64,000 nt of DNA from a virus. This document shows, piece by piece, positions 55,421 through 64,000 of this stretch. Location of the stretch: IMG/VR virus record IMGVR_UViG_3300050821_008386, positions 1 to 64,000 of that record. One strand, 5' to 3'. Both the position numbers and the translations under genes were made by a program. Under the pieces are notes generated by a model. It did no database searches. It had not been told where the DNA came from and saw only the letters and a program-made list of their open reading frames with translations. How positions within the stretch are numbered: the stretch's first letter is position 1; the number at the start of each line of letters is the position of its first letter.

Positions 55421-56713
55421 TTAGCCTTCCGGTCCCTTTCTTGCGAGAGCCAATCTGGAGAGACAAACCCTCAGTTCAGCCACACTGCTGATCCCTGTTT
55501 CCCGCAAATAATTATCGAGCGTTCCGGCGATCTCTAATCCGGTCGCTTCCAGATGTTCCTGAAACATCCCTTGCAGGTTTTCGGTGAAATCGATTCCAAC
55601 CGTATCGGTGTTTTCCCGGTCGACAATGATCCGTTCAGCGTCCGCGCAATCGTCCAACCACATCTGGAGTTGGTTATGGGTCCGCATGTAATCCAGGATC
55701 GTCTGGGTCTGCCGTCGGAACATGCAGGTCGTGATATAAGTCTCGTGCAGTTTCCTGATCCGAGCGTTCTGGATGGTCATCACCTCGAAATTGGCCGGCG
55801 TCATCGCGTTAGCGTTGAGCCAGTCCAGATACTGATCCCAAACCACCAACCGATTGCGCGCACAGAACGTTGACCATTCGTACTCGATATCTTCTTTGGT
55901 CACCGCAACATGGAGGATGTCCGCCAGAATCACCGCTAACGCCCGGTTTTTCGAATCCCAACAGATCTGGTTATATTGCGGGCAATTGAGGGTGATATAG
56001 GAATCGACGTGCTGCATCGTGATCGTCGCTCCCGCATGCTCCACTCTCCGTTCCCTCTCTAACATGGCGTTAAAAAGCATCGTCATGTAGGTCAGGTCAG
56101 GCCGTTTATCCGTGCAATAATCCAGGGTCAGGAAATTCGATAAAAGATGAAGAGCGTCTTCCCGTTTCTGATCAAAAACGTAACGCGAATCGGGACTGGT
56201 CAGGCGTTCGGTATAATGTTTGCCCTGTTCAGTCTTAAAGATTTCCCCGGCTTCTTCCGGCGTAATTTCCTCACTTTCAATCAACCGAAGGAGGCCAGCG
56301 CGGAGATTGACCAGAGGGCAAGTGTCGCAAACGTAGTTTCCTGAAGGCGTCTGATGATAAATCACCGCTACTTCGTCATCTGCGTCGATTACCCCTTCGT
56401 GATACCACTCGAAGATCTTCCCAGAACCGATCATCACACCCACATCTGCTAATTCAGATGCCCGCAGGGCTCCCATGGACGATGAACCGTAAACCTTGAT
56501 CCCTTTTAGTGCCGCCCAGCTTAATTCCTTATGCCAGACGGGCAATTTAGAATCGAAAACACCATCAATCAGCAGGATATGGGTCGGGTTATACTTCGGG
56601 ACGTCCGAAATGATGTCAGCATGACTGGCTGGAGGGAGGAAAACAGCGTCGGGAACGATCTCTTTAGCGAATCCAACGTCTAATGAGGGCCCGAGATAAA
56701 CCAAAACTTTCAC
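55421..56713 (-). CDS. tfuA: TfuA-like protein with C-terminal extension
   Basis: VYLGPSL, LIDGVF, VWHKEL, GSSSMGALRASEL, GSGKIFEWY..G.I..DDEVAV. Confidence 0.95.
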   Translation of the reverse strand: MKVLVYLGPSLDVGFAKEIVPDAVFLPPASHADIISDVPKYNPTHILLIDGVFDSKLPVWHKELSWAALKGIKVYGSSSMGALRASELADVGVMIGSGKIFEWYHEGVIDADDEVAVIYHQTPSGNYVCDTCPLVNLRAGLLRLIESEEITPEEAGEIFKTEQGKHYTERLTSPDSRYVFDQKREDALHLLSNFLTLDYCTDKRPDLTYMTMLFNAMLERERRVEHAGATITMQHVDSYITLNCPQYNQICWDSKNRALAVILADILHVAVTKEDIEYEWSTFCARNRLVVWDQYLDWLNANAMTPANFEVMTIQNARIRKLHETYITTCMFRRQTQTILDYMRTHNQLQMWLDDCADAERIIVDRENTDTVGIDFTENLQGMFQEHLEATGLEIAGTLDNYLRETGISSVAELRVCLSRLALARKGPEG

Positions 56714-57930
56714 GCGTGCTCCTTAATTGACGCGAGTTTGTTGTGGACGTGAAGTTTGCATCGTTCATCCGGTTGCCAGAATTCCCAAATAGGACTGCAA
56801 AGTGATGGGGAGATCGCTCGAACAATGGTGAACGCCGGTTCTTTGGATTCGTAGAGGATTTTCGAGTAACATTCCGAAACCCCTCGTTGCCGGATTCGGT
56901 TAGAAAGAATTTCCCATTCTTCAGTGATTGAATCGAACTCCGGACGCGGGAATTCAGACGCCAAACGTGATAACGGCACCGCTTGATACATCTCAAGGAG
57001 TTGCCGGGAATCGATGTTCTTAGTCAGCATGAACCGGCGCCGGAACAGGTCGTCACGCGCTGAACCGATGTAAGCGACACGCGCCTGGCACGCTTCAGTG
57101 ATCGCCCTGCGCATCGCGGTCGAAGAATTAAGCGAACATCCGTACCCGGAAAAGATGCCGGGAGAGCGCGAACTCGGATCGATCACGGTGCATCCGAACA
57201 CCGGGACCTGCATATCGTTGGAAAGATCGAAGAGAAACGGGTAAACCCCTGCCCGCGCTAGTGCTTCCAGACAAAACTCGATTTCTTCGGTCAACGGACA
57301 ATCGAAACTGACTCGGTCAGGCCAGATATCGGTTTGTTCACGCAAATATTCGCTGGTAGCCCATCCATCACGTTCCACCAGTTCGTAGACCGCTTGCAGA
57401 AGAGCGTCTTCATAATTGATTCCGGCCGCCAGACCGTTGGACGAACTCTGGAAATAATGAAAAGGCGGTATGACCCGGTGCGTCAGCCAGATCATGTCGC
57501 TCGGAACGAGGATCTCGCCTTCCCTGAAAACGTCTGTAACTATCTCCCATGGAATTGGAGTCGAAGAATAAACTGGTGCTCCGCGTGCCAGAGGGAATAA
57601 ATCTGTCCCTAGAACGGATGGAAAGACAGAGATCGCTCGCGCCGGTTCGAGGTAAAACCAAGGGACATTGGCGTGCGGCTTCTCGCCGGCCCAGAGCTCG
57701 ACGCCTTCCAGGATCGCACCCGCTTTCGCGGCGATCTTGGAAAGACCTTTTCCTGCGCTTACCGTTATCACTTCGCCGCCCGGACGCGATACGGTGTAAA
57801 CCGGTAGTCCGATGGTATCAAGGCCCGTGATATCCGAAGCGCGCGTCAGTCCGTACTCCATCAATCGCGAATAGGGTAACGCGCATATCTCGCGTGCTAG
57901 CTCCTCGCGGACGTGTTCCCGGTCGATCAT
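56710..57930 (-). CDS. ycaO: YcaO-family enzyme, TfuA-associated thioamide-forming type
   Basis: TR..DITGLDTIGLPV, GKG..A..GAILE..E, SSNGLAAG..ELVERD, GYGC..RAITEACQAR; start set at ATGA overlap 57927-57930. Confidence 0.95.
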   Translation of the reverse strand: MIDREHVREELAREICALPYSRLMEYGLTRASDITGLDTIGLPVYTVSRPGGEVITVSAGKGLSKIAAKAGAILEGVELWAGEKPHANVPWFYLEPARAISVFPSVLGTDLFPLARGAPVYSSTPIPWEIVTDVFREGEILVPSDMIWLTHRVIPPFHYFQSSSNGLAAGINYEDALLQAVYELVERDGWATSEYLREQTDIWPDRVSFDCPLTEEIEFCLEALARAGVYPFLFDLSNDMQVPVFGCTVIDPSSRSPGIFSGYGCSLNSSTAMRRAITEACQARVAYIGSARDDLFRRRFMLTKNIDSRQLLEMYQAVPLSRLASEFPRPEFDSITEEWEILSNRIRQRGVSECYSKILYESKEPAFTIVRAISPSLCSPIWEFWQPDERCKLHVHNKLASIKEHA

Positions 57931-59570
57931 GCCGCCAGTGGCAACGACGGAAGGTTTGCGCATCGGACGCCGTACCGGAACCGGATAACGTTGCGATTGC
58001 GTTCCAGAACTTCGTCCATGAACTCTCGGATATTGGCGATCACTTCAGGATCCACGTCTTCCCGGTTAGCGAACGTCTCGCTGTATCTGAGGTAAAGGCC
58101 TTTGAGCCAACCGGGCGCGTTGAAATAAAGCCAGAGACGGAACAAACGCCATTCAGGATTGTTCGCGCCATAGACTTTTCTTGCGACGTGACACGACATG
58201 GCGAAAGCCACTCCGACTGCTACCGCGCTTGCTGCGCCTGCGCCGCCTGAGATCATGTTGCCGCTCGATTGAGCTTGCGCACTGGCGTTTTGCGCGGCGA
58301 TCTGGGTGTTGTACTGCGCGCCCTGAACTTTGGTCGAGTACAGGTACTGCATCATGTTGTTTAGCCCTGCAGTGTTCGATAAACTGATGTTGGCAGCGTC
58401 CGACCCTTGTAACCCGAACGAGCGCGGTTGAAACATCGAAGAAGCCAGACCGAAACTTGCGTTGGCGTTCTGTGCAGCGCTATTGATGATCCCCTGACCG
58501 CCTTGCATAGCGTTTGACCCGGCACTTTCCAGTCCGGTCCCGGCGCCGATCATGCTTGTTCCGGCGTTAGTAACCCCTGTTCCCGCCCCAATCATGCCGC
58601 TTCCGGCATTGATGACACCGGTCCCTGCGCCGATTACGCCGCTGCCCGCGCCGATCATCCCGGTACCGGCATTAGCAACATTGGTTCCCGCTCCGGCAAG
58701 AGTCGCCGCTGCCCCTGCTTGGCCGGTAGTAAGTCCCATCCCGGTCTGTTGCAGCGCTTGCCCCTGCTGGCGCTGCGTATTGACCCAGTTTTCCGCGCCG
58801 ACACCGAGATTTCTTCCCACAGCGGCCTGCCCAGCTTCCCCACCTAATCCTGCGGCACCTCCAAGCGCAGATGCCGCACTGCTTAGTCCGCTTCGCATCA
58901 GTTCTTGTTGGACTACCGGATCAATCGCCTGATTGCCCGAGATGAGGTTCTGGCCCAGCGTGATGTCAGGTTGACCTACTCCTTGCGCTCCGGCAGCAAG
59001 AGTCGCCGCGGGCGCGAGAAATTGGCCTGATTGCCCCGCAAGATTCTGGCCTGCGCCGATGATGTTCTGTCCTGTACCGATGATGCCCTGCCCCCAGCCT
59101 GCGATGTTCTGGCCTTGGCCGATGATGCCTTGACCTGTTCCTGCGAGATTTTGACCTTGCCCAACGATATTGGAACCCGAAGTCAGCATTCCTTGGCCTG
59201 CGTTACTTAAACTGTTTCCGGCAGCGATCGATTGTGGCGTCTGGGTACCCAGCAAGTTGGTCAAGTACCCCTGATACTGCTGCTGTGCCTGAATCATTTG
59301 CGGATAACGCGCCGCGAAATCGGCGTCGCTCATCGCATAGTTCAGTTGATTGGCCATGATCGCCTGGCCTTCAGGAGTGTTAACGCCAGCAGCGCCAGCA
59401 GCCCCTAATCCCGAAGCATTCAGAACGCCGCTCATACTGCTGGAACCAGGAGATGGGGTCTGGTTTTGCAGTGCGCTAATGTATTGGTCTGCGCCGATAC
59501 CCGCGCTCGGAGTGAACGAAGGAGCGCCCGCCGGGGCGCTATAGCTTGGGATCTGAGGTGCACTGCCCAT
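57927..59570 (-). CDS. Gly-repeat probable ejection/pilot protein with C-terminal C.VAR.VYG..W..FR domain
   Basis: 7-residue Gly repeats; position after tail genes. Confidence 0.7.
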   Translation of the reverse strand: MGSAPQIPSYSAPAGAPSFTPSAGIGADQYISALQNQTPSPGSSSMSGVLNASGLGAAGAAGVNTPEGQAIMANQLNYAMSDADFAARYPQMIQAQQQYQGYLTNLLGTQTPQSIAAGNSLSNAGQGMLTSGSNIVGQGQNLAGTGQGIIGQGQNIAGWGQGIIGTGQNIIGAGQNLAGQSGQFLAPAATLAAGAQGVGQPDITLGQNLISGNQAIDPVVQQELMRSGLSSAASALGGAAGLGGEAGQAAVGRNLGVGAENWVNTQRQQGQALQQTGMGLTTGQAGAAATLAGAGTNVANAGTGMIGAGSGVIGAGTGVINAGSGMIGAGTGVTNAGTSMIGAGTGLESAGSNAMQGGQGIINSAAQNANASFGLASSMFQPRSFGLQGSDAANISLSNTAGLNNMMQYLYSTKVQGAQYNTQIAAQNASAQAQSSGNMISGGAGAASAVAVGVAFAMSCHVARKVYGANNPEWRLFRLWLYFNAPGWLKGLYLRYSETFANREDVDPEVIANIREFMDEVLERNRNVIRFRYGVRCANLPSLPLAA

Positions 59571-59585
59571 TTAGAAAATATCCTT

Positions 59586-59939
59586 TCAATCTGAGATCAC
59601 GTAAACGTCTTTATCGAAGGGTCTTAACCCGATCTTTGAATACATGCGTGCGTCCACTCCTGGTGGCATAGCAATCAGCGGGTCGCCGTGCATCGCCTTG
59701 ATCCGGTCCAGCCATTTCTTAGTCAGGATATAGAATTGGCGCGGAGAAATTGACGGTTGCACCGCCGGGTAAGCCACCATCTGCTGATGCATGTGGCAGT
59801 AAGTCACCAGTCGCCCGTCCAGATGCCCTACCCAGATCGGGAAAAGTCTGCTCACCTCGTGCCCGAACGTTGCCGCGAACTCATCGAGATTATGCGCCCT
59901 CAATTGCTTCTCGTTTTCGATCTTGGTGAACGTGATCAT
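59586..59939 (-). CDS. Small tail-operon protein, possibly GNAT-fold
   Basis: Start at ATGA overlap; MYSKIGL resembles GNAT C-terminal motif; slot typical of podovirus acetyltransferase-like genes. Confidence 0.55.
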   Translation of the reverse strand: MITFTKIENEKQLRAHNLDEFAATFGHEVSRLFPIWVGHLDGRLVTYCHMHQQMVAYPAVQPSISPRQFYILTKKWLDRIKAMHGDPLIAMPPGVDARMYSKIGLRPFDKDVYVISD

Positions 59940-61462
59940 AACTCGGCGTTTGCGGTATACTGAAACCGGATGGCGTTGGAAGGAGACGTCCACGAACCGG
60001 CGGTGCTGATCAGGTCGAACCCGCTTTCATTCAGTGTCTGAGTGGTAGTGATGCTCCCTACCGTGACACCTTGAGACTGGGAATAGACCCCCCCTGACCT
60101 TCCGTCAGACCCCAGCACGGTCCATGTTACTAAATTGGGTGTCGTGCGCATCTTGACCGGGAAACGGCACACTCCCCATGCTTGCGTAGCGGCCAGGGCG
60201 ATAAAGGCGAGTTCTCCTAGAGATGAGGCGCCGCTGGTAAAGGTGATTGTTGAACCGGAACTATTCGTTCCAATCAGAGCGGCACTCAACGTGACGGTAG
60301 TCGGAGATACCGCAGACACTGTCACGCCGGCGGAAATATTGGTTCCAAACACTGGCATCCCGACAGCCACTGCCGCGATTCCGGGTGCGGTCGTGGAAGC
60401 GAAACTTAAAACGGTCGCACCCACGAGAACTGTTGTGTTGGTCACCAGGTTGAATGCCACCGGGTAAACGCTCATCGGATGCGATTTAGCCCAGTACCTC
60501 TGGCACCGCCTTAAATCTTCGTCGAATGGGACGAACTTGAAGTAGTTGGAGATAGGGGACGGTTCGTGTTGAACCAGAGTGATATCAAGGGTGTTGCCAA
60601 TCGTCGCGAACAGATTGGTCTGATTCGCCGTTCCGAGCTGGTTCTCGGAATTCCAGATATTCGGCAGATCCTGATAATCTGATCCGTTGGTCGCACTGAC
60701 CGAAATTACGTAGCAAGAATCAGTGTTCACTGTCCCCCAGTTGCCGGTCGAGGTGGGCATCGCCGGGATAGTCGGGAAAGTAAAATACTGAGGGACCGAG
60801 GGCGTGGTGATGACGCATTCCATCACGTACGACCACGTCTGGTCCGCATCTCTGATAGCGACACAATAAGTCCCGGCAAGAGAAGATTGGAGCACGATGG
60901 AAAGCGACGTTTCGTTATCAAAGAGGGGCCGGGAAAAGCCGCGTTCGATTCTCTGGGTAACGACGAAATATTCTCCGGCGGCGATCGTCAATTGAGCGGT
61001 GGTCACCGTCATCCGTAACGCCATCTGGGTATCAGGGTATTGAGAGGTTCCCGGAAAATTGACTACCTGCTGAGTGACTGTCGCCGCCCCGCCTCCTGTC
61101 ATATTACTGGTAACCACCCATCTGTCAGCGGTATAAACGGCCTGAGTGGTCCCGATATTCGGGAACGTGACGTTCCTCTGCCAGATCTGCATGTTGGCAT
61201 TGATGACCGAGTTATAAATCGGACTCGAAGTGATCGGCAGATATTCGGATTGCGCGGTGTTCCACGCCCACCATTGTCCATCGTTAAACCACGGTCCCAC
61301 ATTACTGGGCGGCGTTGATCCGCCGGTTTGCCCTAAAAGGAAATTAGCGGTGATCGACGCCTGGAGATTGGCCACCAGCAATTGGCCGTACTGATTGGCA
61401 TCCAAGGATTGGCCTGTAGGGATGGGTGCCAGAGAGAAGATGATGGGAATCGTGGTAGCCAT
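59936..61462 (-). CDS. Tail fibre/appendage protein
   Basis: INANMQIWQR..YTADRW..EDLRRCQRY..FPVKMRTTP. Confidence 0.8.
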   Translation of the reverse strand: MATTIPIIFSLAPIPTGQSLDANQYGQLLVANLQASITANFLLGQTGGSTPPSNVGPWFNDGQWWAWNTAQSEYLPITSSPIYNSVINANMQIWQRNVTFPNIGTTQAVYTADRWVVTSNMTGGGAATVTQQVVNFPGTSQYPDTQMALRMTVTTAQLTIAAGEYFVVTQRIERGFSRPLFDNETSLSIVLQSSLAGTYCVAIRDADQTWSYVMECVITTPSVPQYFTFPTIPAMPTSTGNWGTVNTDSCYVISVSATNGSDYQDLPNIWNSENQLGTANQTNLFATIGNTLDITLVQHEPSPISNYFKFVPFDEDLRRCQRYWAKSHPMSVYPVAFNLVTNTTVLVGATVLSFASTTAPGIAAVAVGMPVFGTNISAGVTVSAVSPTTVTLSAALIGTNSSGSTITFTSGASSLGELAFIALAATQAWGVCRFPVKMRTTPNLVTWTVLGSDGRSGGVYSQSQGVTVGSITTTQTLNESGFDLISTAGSWTSPSNAIRFQYTANAEL

Positions 61463-61485
61463 ATCAGGTATACATTAGTAGTGAC

Positions 61486-62400
61486 CTACGTTTTTATAAT
61501 TTTAGTCATAACTAAGCTTGGTTGAATGTTGTTATGGCCCGTGCCGCCTCCTGCCGCATTATTTGTTGCGGTAGCGTTTTCTATGGCGGCAAAGCCAGCG
61601 GCGATTGCCGCGTGCCCTTCCGCGATCGAGGCAAAGCCCGTGTTAATTCCGATACCTGTACCGCTGGGATTGGTCGCGGCACTCCCGGATTGGAAGGTAC
61701 TGCCTCCAGCGAGACTGCTGCCGGGGGCAGAAAGGACCGCGTTAACATAGCCGTGAACATGCCCTGGGTCAGTGATGCCGTGAGCGTGCCCGTTATCAGA
61801 ATGGAAGTGACCAGAGTCAGAATGCAAATGGCCCGCGTCAGCGTGCGCGTGAGCGTTTTGAGTGTGATTGTGACTTGCCAGTTCGCTTACGGCTAGGACG
61901 TGATTTTCTTCCCCTACCTTCTGGCCGATCGTTCTCGCTGTCAGGCCCGATCCGGCACCGGTACCTAGCCCAACCCTGCCTCGAGCGTCGGGTACAGCGA
62001 AAGTGGAACTGCCATCACCCGCGCCGTAGCTTGTCCCGATGACCGAAAACAGTCCAGCCATAGCCCCTGTGCGCAGATAAAGAGAACCGTCACAAAGAAC
62101 GAATCCTGTCGGAGCAACTATCCCGCCGAAATCGATGATTGAACCTGTTGGGAAACTGGAGGTTAAACTCTGCGGAATATATTGTTGGCTGCCCGGATCC
62201 CAGTAGTACCAGACGCCGTTATTGAACCAAGGACCAATGTCGGCGGTGGGCGCTGAACCGCCGATTTGTCCCGTCAAAAACTGGCCTGAGATGTAGGCTT
62301 GCAGGTTCGAAACCAGAATCTGGGCATATTGGTTGGCGTCCAAACTTTGTCCGGTAGGAATTGGCGCACAAGAAAAAGTGATGGGAAACTGGAGAGCCAT
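61486..62400 (-). CDS. Tail collar domain protein (short fibre)
   Basis: PTGSII.FGG..APTGFVLCDG..LFSVIGT.YG.GDG..TFAVPD.RGR; HxH repeats; HNNIQP. Confidence 0.9.
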   Translation of the reverse strand: MALQFPITFSCAPIPTGQSLDANQYAQILVSNLQAYISGQFLTGQIGGSAPTADIGPWFNNGVWYYWDPGSQQYIPQSLTSSFPTGSIIDFGGIVAPTGFVLCDGSLYLRTGAMAGLFSVIGTSYGAGDGSSTFAVPDARGRVGLGTGAGSGLTARTIGQKVGEENHVLAVSELASHNHTQNAHAHADAGHLHSDSGHFHSDNGHAHGITDPGHVHGYVNAVLSAPGSSLAGGSTFQSGSAATNPSGTGIGINTGFASIAEGHAAIAAGFAAIENATATNNAAGGGTGHNNIQPSLVMTKIIKT

Positions 62401-62402
62401 AT

Positions 62403-63221
62403 TTAGACGTTCAACGGCGACGGGCCGTACGGTACAAAGACAAAATTAGGATTGTTGGTCAACGAATCGTAGATGTCTTCCGGTATCCGGTTCTGGTACG
62501 CCTCCTGAAATTGAGTGGGATTAACGGTTGCGGTAATCAGGTTAAAAGTGATTGGAGGACCGGGCGCTACATTGGCTTGAAAAGCCCAGATTGCTGCAGC
62601 CCAGATAGCGGATGCGCCACCGCCCTGAGTAGCTGTGAACCCGATGGAACCGACAGAGGATTGTTCGATCCAGAATGTGGCGACGTTCAACCGGATCTGA
62701 GCGCTGGGAGCCCATCCGGTTGCTGGTACCAGCGTGGTCAGGGTATAGCCCACCATGGCAAAGATCAGGTCATCGCCATTGGTAGTGGTGATTGATCCTG
62801 AATTGATCGGTGTCGATCCAGTGCTAGGGCCAGATGTTCCGGCGCTTTGACCGTCCAGAAGCGGTACCGGAACATTCCAACCGTTAGCAGAAGCGAATTC
62901 TTCAACGCCGACACTGGCGTTAGTGACGCTTTGGTTATAAGTGACTGTCACTGTCACCGAGGTAGTGAATCCAACGACACAATATTGTAACCAGAAATCC
63001 TGATTCACGCCCGAATGGAACGGGACCGAGGCAATCGAGTAAACGTTTCCGGCGTTGTCTGTCACCGTGGGTGTCACCGAGATGGGACCGGTCGTGCTGT
63101 CCGCAAACGTGCCGGAAACAATCAAGAGATCGCCTTCAACCGATTGACCGTTCAAGATCACCTGTTGACTGGTAACAGCAGCAGTAGTCCCCGGATTTGT
63201 TGCTGACTGGACCTGGTTCAT
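62403..63221 (-). CDS. Beta-rich structural protein
   Basis: Start at ATGA overlap; two GDLLI/DDLIF repeats. Confidence 0.7.
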   Translation of the reverse strand: MNQVQSATNPGTTAAVTSQQVILNGQSVEGDLLIVSGTFADSTTGPISVTPTVTDNAGNVYSIASVPFHSGVNQDFWLQYCVVGFTTSVTVTVTYNQSVTNASVGVEEFASANGWNVPVPLLDGQSAGTSGPSTGSTPINSGSITTTNGDDLIFAMVGYTLTTLVPATGWAPSAQIRLNVATFWIEQSSVGSIGFTATQGGGASAIWAAAIWAFQANVAPGPPITFNLITATVNPTQFQEAYQNRIPEDIYDSLTNNPNFVFVPYGPSPLNV

Positions 63222-64000
63222 TCGGCGTCCAAAACGATGTGAGGTGTTCCCGATTCGTTGACCGGCGTGTAACCGACCGAAGGCGTGGAATAGGGACGGT
63301 AAAAGAGTTTTACTACCCGGACGGCCATGTTGCCAGTCCATTCCAGAAGGACCTGAAAAGCGCGATCGATCAGTTCATTGGTGCCCACCTCGATGAAATG
63401 ATACGAGTTCGGACTGGGAGCGATTGTTACCTCGGTAGAACGCGCATAACGGTTCTGGCCTCGATAACTCTGGATCTCGGTGGTTTCCTGACCGGGAAAC
63501 ACGTAATAGATCGTCATCATGGCCGGGTTAAAGAACGGCCCAACGTCTGCCCGGAAGGTCGAAGTCGACAGATGCTGGTAAAGACCGGCCGCGCCGCCGA
63601 TGGAGAACGTCAAGGTGGCTTCTCCGCTCAATTGTGTGATCAGGACCTCGACAAAACAGGCTTGAAAAGTTTCGTCATTGATCGTCCGCCACATCCGGGT
63701 TTCCATCTTGGATCGTACCGGTGTCGCATTATCGTCTAACGCGATGTTTTGGAAATTCTCCCAGATCGAGATCGGATATTTGTTTCCTGAACTTAAGACG
63801 TACCCATTGGAATAACTGAGTTCGTAATTATGTTCGACACCGTTATAAATCAGGGTGGCGTACTGAACCGGATAGGTGCCTGTCCAGACACCTGTCCAGC
63901 ATGCGCCCAAAGAATTGTTTAGTTTCGGGGCGATCCCGCCGTCCATGATCCAGGTGTGCCGATTGTATTGGGAGGCGTGCGGGACACTGATCATCAGAAC
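63218..64000 (-). CDS. Probable tail tubular/DNA-stabilisation protein, C-terminal part (runs off window)
   Basis: Open frame to window edge; beta-rich; position upstream of fibres. Confidence 0.55.
   Translation of the reverse strand, partial: VLMISVPHASQYNRHTWIMDGGIAPKLNNSLGACWTGVWTGTYPVQYATLIYNGVEHNYELSYSNGYVLSSGNKYPISIWENFQNIALDDNATPVRSKMETRMWRTINDETFQACFVEVLITQLSGEATLTFSIGGAAGLYQHLSTSTFRADVGPFFNPAMMTIYYVFPGQETTEIQSYRGQNRYARSTEVTIAPSPNSYHFIEVGTNELIDRAFQVLLEWTGNMAVRVVKLFYRPYSTPSVGYTPVNESGTPHIVLDAE

Noticed and set aside
55421-57930. Azoline-forming (TOMM) or conventional secreted RiPP cluster
   Set aside because: No E1-like partner, dehydrogenase, Pro-rich YcaO C-terminus, short precursor or exporter; the TfuA partner points to thioamidation
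59936-62400. Diversity-generating retroelement or invertible tail-fibre cassette
   Set aside because: No reverse transcriptase or invertase; shared part is N-terminal, co-oriented and diverged at synonymous sites
36997-63739. Many antisense ORFs in the track (e.g. 36997..37782, 38384..39193, 47315..47875, 63197..63739)
   Set aside because: Shadows of long genes with recognisable motifs on the other strand

Overview
The window is about 64 kb of a tailed dsDNA bacteriophage genome with podovirus-like gene order. No capsid, portal, terminase large subunit or integrase is visible, so these probably lie outside the window. 1-20 kb is an accessory region: small translationally coupled genes, a ParA-like ATPase, an autotransporter-type outer-membrane protein, a full-length MobF/TrwC relaxase-helicase, a VirD4/TraD-like coupling ATPase, and DNA-modification genes (C5 methyltransferase with an internal alternative-frame subunit, DpdA-like plus QueF-like pair, PAPS-reductase-like). 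20-33 kb covers replication and recombination (iteron-bearing initiator, DnaB, RecT, nucleases, probable small terminase). 33.6-40.9 kb has small proteins sharing a C-terminal motif and two clan GH-A glycoside hydrolases. 40.9-64 kb is the minus-strand virion operon (tail tube, two tail appendages, probable ejection proteins, a 3555-aa polyvalent protein). The top observation is an intact YcaO-TfuA pair, normally a peptide-backbone thioamidation system, translationally coupled inside the ejection-protein operon directly behind a Gly-repeat protein that may be its substrate. Also notable: dispersed conjugative-mobilisation genes in a phage, gene cassettes bounded by a repeated RAREAT motif, and FMPG-delimited modules in the giant protein. 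All family calls rest on motifs recognised by eye; no searches were run.
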